Position numbers and translations under genes: made by a program
Assembly (NCBI GenBank): GCA_963662655.2
Contig: CAXXTU010000002.1
Coordinates: 832,001-896,000 of the forward strand
Direction: 5' to 3'
Length of the DNA: 64,000 bases
From: Candidatus Cloacimonadales bacterium
Lineage (GTDB): Bacteria; Cloacimonadota; Cloacimonadia; Cloacimonadales; JAIOQZ01
In this document: piece by piece, positions 9,288 through 17,956 of the stretch
Numbering within the stretch: the first letter of the stretch is position 1
Layout: every line of letters begins with the position of its first letter
Notes under the pieces: generated by a model
Told to the model about the DNA's origin: nothing
Database searches by the model: none
Seen by the model: only the letters and a program-made list of their open reading frames with translations

Positions 9288-10409
9288 TTAATCGATGTTG
9301 ATGTTCAGCTCGTCCTCTCCGTTTGTCGGCGGCGCCGAGAGAGAAATCTGATCCCCTTCCTCGAGCCCCGAGATGATCTCCACTTTCTGGAAATCGTTGA
9401 TGCCGGTTTTCACCATGACATTGGCGGAAATGGTGTCATTCTCCACCTTGTAAACGATATCGTTCCCGTCCTCATCGTTGAAGATAGCACGGATGGGAAT
9501 TGTCAGGATGTCGGAGCGGGTCTCGCCGATGATGGTAATGTTCGCCGTCATGCCCGGCTTGAGGTGCTCGTCAGAGTTCAGAATGCTGATCTCGATGTCG
9601 AAAACTTTCACGTTGTTGCTCTCGACAGCGGTCGCAGCGATCTTGGTGATTTTGCCCTCGTAGCTCTTGTACGGGAAGGCGTCGACCTGGATGGTTACGT
9701 CCTGATCCTTGTGAATCTTGGAGATATCCACCTCGTTGATGGACGAGCTCACGATCATGTTCGTCAGATCCGCAAGCTTGACCACGACGGTCCCCTCGGA
9801 GTACGACCCGATATCGGAGCGGACCATCTCCCCTTCTTCCACCATCTTCTGGATGACCGTTCCCGATGCGGTCGCAACCACTTTCGCGATGGTTCCTTCC
9901 GTCTCGATGTCTTCGATCAACTGATTCTGCTCGACCCACTTGTCGTAATCGAGCTTGGCGGTGGTGTATTCGTCTTCCGCCTGGTCGAGTTCGTACTGTG
10001 AGATGTAGTTCTTGCCGAACAGCTCGCGGCTGTTGTTCACATCCTCTTCCGCGCGCCTGAGACGTATCTCGGCGGAGCGAAGGTTATTCTTGATGTTGGT
10101 TATCTGCGCGGATTGCTCGTAGGTCGGCTCGATGTAGGCAATCACATCGCCTGCGTGCACGTAGTCGTTTTCATCGACGAAGAACTTGGTTACCTTGCCG
10201 CCGATCTTGGTCTTGATATCGATCTCGCGGATCGGCTGAATCTCGCCCGTTTCCTCGAGCTTGATAACGATCTCGCCTTTCTCCACCTTAATCGATTTCA
10301 CCGTCTTCGAGATCGGAGCAATGTTCCCTTTTTTCTTCTTGAGCAAAACTCCGGCCGTTACGAGCACGGCGATCACGATAATCCAGATAATCCATTTCTT
10401 CATATACAC
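9288..10409 (-). CDS. MacA/RND-type efflux periplasmic adaptor subunit
   Basis: N-terminal TM, lipoyl-like halves, helical hairpin, LKPGMTA motif. Confidence 0.9.
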   Translation of the reverse strand: MYMKKWIIWIIVIAVLVTAGVLLKKKKGNIAPISKTVKSIKVEKGEIVIKLEETGEIQPIREIDIKTKIGGKVTKFFVDENDYVHAGDVIAYIEPTYEQSAQITNIKNNLRSAEIRLRRAEEDVNNSRELFGKNYISQYELDQAEDEYTTAKLDYDKWVEQNQLIEDIETEGTIAKVVATASGTVIQKMVEEGEMVRSDIGSYSEGTVVVKLADLTNMIVSSSINEVDISKIHKDQDVTIQVDAFPYKSYEGKITKIAATAVESNNVKVFDIEISILNSDEHLKPGMTANITIIGETRSDILTIPIRAIFNDEDGNDIVYKVENDTISANVMVKTGINDFQKVEIISGLEEGDQISLSAPPTNGEDELNINID

Positions 10410-10524
10410 CTCAGCTACTTCTTAAACAGTGGTAGTTATATTTTGTTACTGCTGAGATGCGTCAAGTCATAATTTAAATTTACAGCACCATGTACAGCTT
10501 TCATCCCCGTCCATTTGGGCAGGA

Positions 10525-11043
10525 TCAATAATCGATTTGCTTATCGAGTTGTAATCCATACTTTTTATACAATTCGCTATGCAAACCCCACCCTCTAAGC
10601 TTTCCATCGATATAAATCAATAGATATGGTTCATATTCAGGCGTTTTATCATAATTATTCATTTGGGTAACTGGATCCATTGCCATTCCGGGTTGTGTTG
10701 TGCTTGCCCCCGGAACTGGAGTCAAATGAATTGCCACCGTATAATTATAGCGTTGAAATTCGATCCGTACAGTAGTTGAATCTGAATCCACTTTTTCCAG
10801 AAAATCCGGATGGATGGTGATGTCGTATTTATCGTCCAGAGTATAACGCTTGGCTTCCCGCTTAGGGCCTTTGTATTTCAATGACTTTGAGCTGATTGGT
10901 TCCACTTTGATTGTATTGAATACCTGCTCTTTCGTAAGCCCATTCCCCAGCCAATTAATATTTGAATCAGAGATTACGCTCATTGAACATGAGCCGAGAA
11001 TCAATCCACCGAACAAGATCACAATAATTCGCCACAGCTTCAT
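10525..11043 (-). CDS. hypothetical lipoprotein
   Basis: Lipobox LGSC; AT-richer sequence; distant paralog of 11405-11881. Confidence 0.7.
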   Translation of the reverse strand: MKLWRIIVILFGGLILGSCSMSVISDSNINWLGNGLTKEQVFNTIKVEPISSKSLKYKGPKREAKRYTLDDKYDITIHPDFLEKVDSDSTTVRIEFQRYNYTVAIHLTPVPGASTTQPGMAMDPVTQMNNYDKTPEYEPYLLIYIDGKLRGWGLHSELYKKYGLQLDKQIDY

Positions 11044-11136
11044 AAGTTACTCCTTTATCTTTCCTTTTTTATCGTCTGCCTCTGCGATGGTTTATCTTAT
11101 ATCTTGTTATAACCTGCTTTCGCTTTTGTTCCCGTA

Positions 11137-11229
11137 TCATCTTACCGAGGCGATGTTGTCGAAATTGATTTGACCGGTAGCGCAGGAACAAAGCACCAAA
11201 ACAATGGTACACAAATACAGAAATCTCAT
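11137..11229 (-). pseudogene. truncated lipoprotein gene (30 aa)
   Basis: GGGAGG RBS, then MRFLYLCTIVLVLCSCATGQINFDNIASVR*; lipobox matches the neighbouring genes. Confidence 0.5.
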
Positions 11230-11404
11230 AGCCAACGTCCTCCCACTAAATATGTCCAACGAAAAACGGATACGAGTTTCGACTTGTCAAGATGAAAAAT
11301 GGTAAACAATTCATCATGGATGCTCATGCAACCACAACTGCGAAGAAAAGGTCTCGATAACAAAGACCGGGATCTGAAGATTACATCCTTCATCGAATAC
11401 GGCG

Positions 11405-11881
11405 CTACTCCCAGAACTTCTTCTTCGCGATCCTCACACCATTGTTCTTGTGAACGTCGGGCAATTCTCCGTAAAACTTGAGCGAATCGTCGATGAGTAT
11501 GAAAGCATACGGCTTCGTTATTTTCTCTTCGATGTATGCGCCGGTCAAAGGATCGGTACGCGACTTCGTATCCTTGACAAAATCGTACATGAGGATGTTC
11601 ACAGCAAGCGAGCCGGATTGATACGCAGCGGACTCGACGAACGTGGAGTCGAAAACGACGTTGTAGTTTTTATCGCCTGGAAGCTTTTTATCCAGCATGT
11701 CTTCACCCGTGAAAACAACGGTGAATTCCCTGACGGGATCAGAATGCAGCACATGAACTAACTGCTCCCTGTTCTGGCCGGACTCGATCAATCGGATATG
11801 GTCGCGATCGATGATCCCGAGTGAGCATGAACATAAAACGATCGCCATCAGTAGAATAGAAATGGACGAAAGTATTTTCAT
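11405..11881 (-). CDS. hypothetical lipoprotein
   Basis: Lipobox LCSC; AAGGAG RBS; C-terminal PYAFILIDDSLKFYG resembles PYLLIYIDGKLRGWG of the paralog. Confidence 0.7.
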   Translation of the reverse strand: MKILSSISILLMAIVLCSCSLGIIDRDHIRLIESGQNREQLVHVLHSDPVREFTVVFTGEDMLDKKLPGDKNYNVVFDSTFVESAAYQSGSLAVNILMYDFVKDTKSRTDPLTGAYIEEKITKPYAFILIDDSLKFYGELPDVHKNNGVRIAKKKFWE

Positions 11882-12013
11882 ATAATCTCCTTGCGCAATT
11901 TTCATGAACGAAGAAGATTCATGAACAGAATTCAATCAATGTCAAGATAATTAAAAAAACTTGGGATACCCCCATTTTACTGTGGAATCTTGGTTCGATG
12001 AATATTGATCGAT

Positions 12014-12133
12014 GTTATCCACAGTGTCCTTCGACTCCGCTCAGGATGACACACTGTGGATAACTGCTTACATTTCTGACTGTTGCAAAATAATTGTGTC
12101 ATCCTGAGCGGAGTCGAAGGACAACAATTATTT
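12014..12133. repeat. inverted pair of REP-like palindromes (GTCCTTCGACTCCGCTCAGGATGACA)
   Basis: Copies at 12026-12051 and 12097-12123; the first is flanked by two perfect TTATCCACA boxes. Confidence 0.9.
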
Positions 12134-12256
12134 CGCATACTCATATCAGTCCTTTTTTACGTATTTTTGAAGCGGTAGGCATAGGTATTTCGTTGCAAAG
12201 CAATGCCATAGGCTTTCATGACATGATAATTATGGAGTATTCCTAAATTGGAGAAA

Positions 12257-12277
12257 CGCCCGGATTTGCTCCGGGCG
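12257..12277 (-). terminator. putative terminator
   Basis: cgcccgga/tccgggcg hairpin just after the stop of 12297-14774. Confidence 0.55.
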
Positions 12278-12296
12278 CTGAAAATGCCGATGCGGT

Positions 12297-14774
12297 CTAT
12301 TTCAGGAGCATCATTTTACCCATGAAAGATTGCCCGTTGAATTCGACCCGATAGTAGTAATTTCCCGTTGGAAGCGTTTCACCTTTTGGATTTCTGCCAC
12401 TCCACACGATCGAATGATCGCCTTCTCCGACGACATTATCCCAGATATTGCACAGTTTGCGACCACGCACGTCAAAGAGAGTGATCGTCATGCGTCCCCC
12501 CTTCTCCGTGTAGACGCGAATGGATGTCGACGGATTGAATGGGTTGGGATAATTACCAAGCAGACTCGTTTTCCGGGGCGCTTGACCCTCGGTACAACCG
12601 GTGAAATAGATATCGACCGACACGGGATCCGACTCCACACCTCCCGGGTATAAAGCCGTCACATCAACATAGTAGGTGTGTTGATTCTCGGGATCGAGGA
12701 TGTCGTAGGTAAGTTCGGTGGTGCTTCCGACAAGCTCGGAATCGACATATATCCGGTACGATTCCAGATCGTACGTACCTTCCCACGGCTCTTCCCAATT
12801 CAGACGGATGTATTCGTTGCTAACGTCGTAGGTCAGGTTGTTCGGCGGGAAATAGAGCGCGTACAGGAATTCGATCTGGACGGGCGCTGATTCCTCGGCT
12901 TCGTAGAGGGCTGTTACCGCGACGTTGTAGGTTTCACCCTGCGCAAGCTCGAAGAACGCCCAGCTCAAGTTCGGAGTCTGGCCGTCGAGCTCTCCGTCGA
13001 GGTAAACCTTGTACCCGACCAGTGGAGAGGTGCTGCCTTCTTGCGGCTCCTGCCAGTAGCAAACGACGTCCGGACCGATGTTGGCGTACAGACCGCGCGG
13101 CGGATTGAGGACATGACCGTCGATCTCCAGATTGCGATAATAGCTGAACGTTCCGTCATAGCAGCCTACAACTATATCCAGATCGCCGTCGGCATCAATA
13201 TCCACCAGAGCCGGCGTTGCGTTTTGGTCTGCCTCCATCTCGCTGAAAAGCATGCTGTTCTCCTGCCAACCCATGTTGTTCGCGAAGTAAGTAACCTCTC
13301 CGAACAGGTTCCCTGCGGCGAAATCGTAGTCTCCGTCCCCATCGAAATCGGCGAAGGCCGGAACGCAGTTCGAGCCGATGTCGATCGTGCCGAAATATCC
13401 GCTGATATCCACCCAGTTCGGTTCCGAAGCGGTTCCCTGATTTTCAAGGTAGCGCATTTCGCCATCTTCCCCACCCACTGCGAGATCGAGGTCGCCGTCG
13501 AAATCCATGTCCAGGAGTCTCGGTGAGGACCACCCAGAATTGGAGTAGCCGGTAAAGGTGCACGGTACTTCAACGAGGTTCAATCCGCTGTTGTTCCGGT
13601 GGTAGTAGAGATTCCCCGATAGATCACCGATGATCGCGTCGGGATACCCGTCGTCGTTGACATCGCCAATAGCAACGGCTGCGTAGATCGAGTGATCGAT
13701 ACTGGCGAAGAGGCTGCTATCCTCCTGCCAGGCGGGGCAGTTCGCGTTGCCGATGTTCTCGTAGTATTTGATGCTCCCCAGGTTGCTTCCGCTGATCATA
13801 TCCAGGTCGCCGTCGTCGTCGAAATCGTAGAACACAGGATTGCTCGCTCCGCCGACATCGATCACCCCGCCAAACAGCGCGGTGTTCTCGCTCCAGTTGG
13901 GAGCCGTACCTGAGCCAGTGTTCTGCCAGTAACACAGAGGCCCGCCGGCGGTGCCGTAAATAAGATCGTACACACCGTCCCCATCCAGATCGACGAGGTC
14001 GGGAGAATTCCAGTATGTGTCGGTTCCGAGACCCGAGAATGCTGTGGCGTTCTCCTGCCAGTCGGGATTGGATGCGGATCCGTTATTCTCGTAATAGACA
14101 AAAAGGTGGCTGTCCCTTCCACACAGGATATCCTGATCCCCGTCGCCGTCGAAATCACGGAATACCGGGTAGGCGTACAGCCCAATATCTCCGACGAAAG
14201 TCATGTCCGATTGGTTGAATTGCGCGTTCTGAGCAGTGCCCGTGTTCTCGTAAACGAGCACGCCGCCGTCTTCGCTCATGCCGACAACCAGATCGAAGTC
14301 GTCGTCGTCATCGATGTCGGCCAGATCCGGGACGGGATTGCTGCCGACTGCAAGACTACTGAACACGCCGGGAACGATCGAGAAATCCGGGGACGTAGCC
14401 GTTCCGTCGTTGCGGTAGAAGTTGATGCCGGTATATCCTCCGGTGATGAGATCGAGATCGCCATCCGCATCGATATCGACGCAAACGCCGACTTCCGCGT
14501 TGAGCGACGAGACGCCGGAGAATATGTCCGCTCCGCTCGAGAATGCGGGTGATGAAGCGCTTCCCGTGTTTTCGAAATACATGGGAGATTGTCCTGAGCT
14601 TCCCAGGATCAAATCCTGATCGCCGTCGCCGTCGAGATCGGCAAAACGCGGCTGCGAAAACGTCAGGCTCGGGATTCCGCTTGGATTGAATACGCCATCA
14701 TCCTGCTCCCAAGGCTGAGCCATTAGAAAAGACGATAGTAACAAAAAAACTGCAATAATGGTTGATTTCTTCAT
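12297..14774 (-). CDS. secreted FG-GAP/VCBS-repeat protein with FN3 domains and FlgD-like (T9SS-type) C-terminal domain
   Basis: Signal peptide, many DxDxDGDxDL repeats, NYPNPFNPST C-terminal domain. Confidence 0.88.
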   Translation of the reverse strand: MKKSTIIAVFLLLSSFLMAQPWEQDDGVFNPSGIPSLTFSQPRFADLDGDGDQDLILGSSGQSPMYFENTGSASSPAFSSGADIFSGVSSLNAEVGVCVDIDADGDLDLITGGYTGINFYRNDGTATSPDFSIVPGVFSSLAVGSNPVPDLADIDDDDDFDLVVGMSEDGGVLVYENTGTAQNAQFNQSDMTFVGDIGLYAYPVFRDFDGDGDQDILCGRDSHLFVYYENNGSASNPDWQENATAFSGLGTDTYWNSPDLVDLDGDGVYDLIYGTAGGPLCYWQNTGSGTAPNWSENTALFGGVIDVGGASNPVFYDFDDDGDLDMISGSNLGSIKYYENIGNANCPAWQEDSSLFASIDHSIYAAVAIGDVNDDGYPDAIIGDLSGNLYYHRNNSGLNLVEVPCTFTGYSNSGWSSPRLLDMDFDGDLDLAVGGEDGEMRYLENQGTASEPNWVDISGYFGTIDIGSNCVPAFADFDGDGDYDFAAGNLFGEVTYFANNMGWQENSMLFSEMEADQNATPALVDIDADGDLDIVVGCYDGTFSYYRNLEIDGHVLNPPRGLYANIGPDVVCYWQEPQEGSTSPLVGYKVYLDGELDGQTPNLSWAFFELAQGETYNVAVTALYEAEESAPVQIEFLYALYFPPNNLTYDVSNEYIRLNWEEPWEGTYDLESYRIYVDSELVGSTTELTYDILDPENQHTYYVDVTALYPGGVESDPVSVDIYFTGCTEGQAPRKTSLLGNYPNPFNPSTSIRVYTEKGGRMTITLFDVRGRKLCNIWDNVVGEGDHSIVWSGRNPKGETLPTGNYYYRVEFNGQSFMGKMMLLK

Positions 14775-14882
14775 TGTACCCCCTATGTAGCCGAATACAA
14801 CAATGCGTTCGAATCCTTCAACGTGTCAATCAGTTTGTGCGGGGAGTAGTTGCGAAGTATTGCATGGAATGAGGGGAAAAAC

Positions 14883-14911
14883 AATCCCCCTTGGCGACAC
14901 CGAGGGGGATT
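14883..14911 (-). terminator. intrinsic terminator
   Basis: aatccccct/agggggatt stem downstream of 14930-15883. Confidence 0.7.
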
Positions 14912-14929
14912 ATAATTAGCAAGCAGTCT

Positions 14930-15883
14930 TTACTTGATGATCTGAGCGCCTTTGATCAATGTTGTCGTGAATTGAGCGTTGAGCTTCTTTGCAATCTTCA
15001 TGTTGAGGATAACGTTACCTTCCTTGTTCTGAGCGAGTTCGATGTTGGAAGGTTTCGTGCCACCCAAGATTTTGATGGCCGCTTTTGCAGCCCAGCTTCC
15101 TTGCTCGTCGGCAACCTTGGTGAAGCCGATCAACGCATAGTTGGCCATCCAGTCGTAGATGGTACCGATAGGAATGGCCGCGTTCTCGAGGACGAATTTC
15201 TCCGCTTCAGCGTCGTTCCAGCCGCTGATCCCCGCGTTGTTTCCAACGATCAGCATGTCAACGCTCGATTGCAGAGCGGCAAATCCCTTCTTCCATTCTT
15301 CGAAGTTCTGAACATAGATTTCTTCCATCTGGAGCCCGAATTTCTTGGTGTAATTCTCGGCTTCCTTCTTCGCGGTGAAGTTGTCCGCTTCGATGTATCC
15401 GATTTTCTCCCCCTTGGCATATTTCTTCAGCATCTCGACAAGCTGTTTGATGGGTGCGACCTCGATCATGCCGGTTGTGTTCTTGTAGGGCATTCCATAC
15501 CCGGAAGCATCCCAGTTCACTCCACAGAAAACAAAGGGAATGTCGGAATCTTTGTAATACTGCATGATCACATACTTGGCTGCGTTGTCGTCGGCTGTAA
15601 TAACCACGTCGGGTTTCCAGGAATCGATGGTTTCCTTGACCATCTTTGCCGCTTTCTGCTTGAATTCTTCGGATGGATTGTTCTTCGTGTCCATGCGGAC
15701 GATCTTAAGCGTAGCTCCGCTTGGCTTGATGATGCTTTGGACTCCGTTGGTAACGCCGTCGCTCCACGCGTAACCTTCATGATAGGAATCGACAAAGAGC
15801 ACCTTCTTACCTGTGTAATCCTGGGCAATGAGTAATGATGCGGTGATTGAAAGCAAAATTGCGAGAACAAGAATTCTTTTCAT
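14930..15883 (-). CDS. ABC-type substrate-binding protein (ABC_sub_bind-like)
   Basis: Signal peptide; VDSYHEGYAWS, KPDVVITADDNA and VFCGVNWD motifs. Confidence 0.85.
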   Translation of the reverse strand: MKRILVLAILLSITASLLIAQDYTGKKVLFVDSYHEGYAWSDGVTNGVQSIIKPSGATLKIVRMDTKNNPSEEFKQKAAKMVKETIDSWKPDVVITADDNAAKYVIMQYYKDSDIPFVFCGVNWDASGYGMPYKNTTGMIEVAPIKQLVEMLKKYAKGEKIGYIEADNFTAKKEAENYTKKFGLQMEEIYVQNFEEWKKGFAALQSSVDMLIVGNNAGISGWNDAEAEKFVLENAAIPIGTIYDWMANYALIGFTKVADEQGSWAAKAAIKILGGTKPSNIELAQNKEGNVILNMKIAKKLNAQFTTTLIKGAQIIK

Positions 15884-15925
15884 AGGAACGCTCCTTTTGA
15901 GGAATTTTTTATGTAAGAATCGATT

Positions 15926-16882
15926 TTATTTAATGATTTTCGCACCTTTCAACTTCAGTGTGTCGAAATGAATCCCAAGTTTTGCGGCAATCGACATGTT
16001 CAAGCAGACAAAGCCCTGTTTGTTCTCTGTGATCGGGATGCTAGATGGAGGAGTACCGCGAAGGATCTCCAACGCGGTTTCTGCCGCCCAGCTTCCCTGC
16101 TCCGAGGCTTTTTTCGAGAAGCTGACCAATGCGTAGCTTTCCATCCACTCGAGATTTGTGCCGCTTGGTATTTCGGTGTTTTCGAGAACAAACGTCTTCG
16201 CTTCTTGATCGTCCCAACCGATCGTATTCACGCTGTTACCGATAATCAGTATATCCACGTTGGACTGAAGCGATTTGAAGTTGGTTTTCCACTGGTCGAA
16301 ATCCGTTACGAAAACCTCTTCAAGTTCGATCCCGAACTTCTTCTGCAGGTTTTCTACTTCCTTCCGCGCACTGTACGTATCGGACTCAAGGAATCCGATC
16401 CTGTCGCCTTTCGCGTATTTTTGTAGCATTTTAACCAGAAGCCCGATTGGGCTGACCTCCAGCATTCCCGTGGTGTTGTCGAAGGGCAGGCCATATACGG
16501 AAGCATCCCAGTTGATGCCACAGAAGACTACCGGTGTTTCCGAATCCTTGAAAAAGGGAACAATCAAATAATTCGCAGCATTGTCATCCGATGCGATGAC
16601 GACATCCGGCTTCCACGCATCGATTACCTTTTTCGCTTCGAGCGCTGCGTTGATTTTGAATTCTTCAGACGTATTGTTCTTTGTATCCATGCGGAAAATT
16701 TTCAGCTCTGCTCCGGAAGGATCGATTACGCCCCTTACTCCGGCAGTTATACTATCGCTCCAAGCATACCCGGCATGATACGAGTCAACATAGAGTATTC
16801 TTTTTCCGACAAAATCAAGTGTGTAACTCGCTTGAACGCAGATATATATAAAGAAAGTTATCCATATGAATCGCTTCATCAT
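15926..16882 (-). CDS. ABC-type substrate-binding protein, tandem paralog
   Basis: Collinear and highly similar to 14930-15883. Confidence 0.85.
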   Translation of the reverse strand: MMKRFIWITFFIYICVQASYTLDFVGKRILYVDSYHAGYAWSDSITAGVRGVIDPSGAELKIFRMDTKNNTSEEFKINAALEAKKVIDAWKPDVVIASDDNAANYLIVPFFKDSETPVVFCGINWDASVYGLPFDNTTGMLEVSPIGLLVKMLQKYAKGDRIGFLESDTYSARKEVENLQKKFGIELEEVFVTDFDQWKTNFKSLQSNVDILIIGNSVNTIGWDDQEAKTFVLENTEIPSGTNLEWMESYALVSFSKKASEQGSWAAETALEILRGTPPSSIPITENKQGFVCLNMSIAAKLGIHFDTLKLKGAKIIK

Positions 16883-16963
16883 ATTATCCTTGCATTTGCG
16901 TATGTAGATAGTTTATGATGAAATCGATAGGTGACAAATGAAAAGTATTGAGTGGAAAAAAAT

Positions 16964-17037
16964 TGGCTGGGATGGAAGGAGTCGAACCCTCACACACGGA
17001 GCCAGAATCCGCTGTCCTACCATTAGACTACATCCCA
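16964..17037 (-). tRNA. tRNA-Gln(CTG)
   Basis: Anticodon arm GCGGA-TT-CTG-GC-TCCGT; GGTTCGACTCC T-arm; CCA end. Confidence 0.95.
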
Positions 17038-17059
17038 GCACGAATATTTAATATATATA

Positions 17060-17134
17060 TGGCAAGGCCGGGAGGATTCGAACCCCCGAATGCCAGGACC
17101 AAAACCTGGTGCCTTACCGCTTGGCGACGGCCTT
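17060..17134 (-). tRNA. tRNA-Gln(TTG)
   Basis: Anticodon arm CCAGG-TT-TTG-GT-CCTGG; CCA end. Confidence 0.95.
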
Positions 17135-17140
17135 GCATAA

Positions 17141-17234
<94 letters not shown>

Positions 17235-17256
17235 AGCAGCATATAAAGATCTTAAG

Positions 17257-17342
17257 TGGCGGAGGATGAGGGACTCGAACCCCCAAGGGCAAAGCCCGGC
17301 GGTTTTCAAGACCGCTGTCTTACCAATTAGAACTAATCCTCC
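17257..17342 (-). tRNA. tRNA-Ser(TGA)
   Basis: Anticodon arm GCGGT-CT-TGA-AA-ACCGC; variable arm; G discriminator. Confidence 0.93.
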
Positions 17343-17666
17343 ACGTCTGTATCGAGTGATACAAAAAAAACTGACGGCTTCTGATGTCAACGATTTTTTT
17401 CACTTTTCCGCAATGAAATCCCCCGCCTGGGCCGGCAATCCCGCTGTGGAATTCGTGAACTCTTTACCATTGCTTTACATAGAGTCTATTCTGTGGCATG
17501 TCTCCCGTCAAATGAATATATCTTCATTATGTCTTTCCCAAGAAACTGTGATGTTGTCGGTGATCGTGAGTTAGGCTTCTCCACCTTCCAGCGATTGCCG
17601 TAATGCACGATATCGAGCATCCCTTGTACGGAAGCGCACAAAAGGCACCTTGAGCCGACGTCTATC

Positions 17667-17838
17667 TGTCATCCTTGAGCTGTGATTTTGTTCATAAAAT
17701 CGAGTCCATCAACAGAGTCGAAGGGGCATTCAATGATGATTTCATCCTTCGACTCCGCTCAGGATGACAGAGAAAGAAAACTCAGGATGACAGAGAAAGA
17801 ATACTCAAGATGACAGAGAAAGAAAACTCTGGATGAAA
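17667..17838. repeat. REP-like cluster with 23-bp tandem half-REP units
   Basis: Insertion-bearing copy at 17667-17724, intact copy from 17745, then ctcaggatgacagagaaagaaaa-type units at 17758, 17781, 17804 and a partial unit at 17827. Confidence 0.88.
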
Positions 17839-17956
17839 CGTTTCATTAGATGCTTATCCACTTAGTTTGTAAGTGATCCAAATTTTCTCATTGACATCCG
17901 GCATTTACGAATCAGATTATTAGAAAAACTTTTTACCACGCAGAAAGGGATTGTGG

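Noticed and set aside
11935..12297. oriC
   Set aside because: Only two perfect DnaA boxes, no gene-polarity switch, no dnaA/dnaN nearby
17257..17342. tRNA with TGA in the anticodon loop near selD, as tRNA-Sec
   Set aside because: The anticodon reads UGA (Ser); tRNA-Sec needs UCA and an extended acceptor stem
17745..17838. CRISPR array
   Set aside because: Contiguous 23-bp tandem units with no unique spacers; REP-derived; no cas genes
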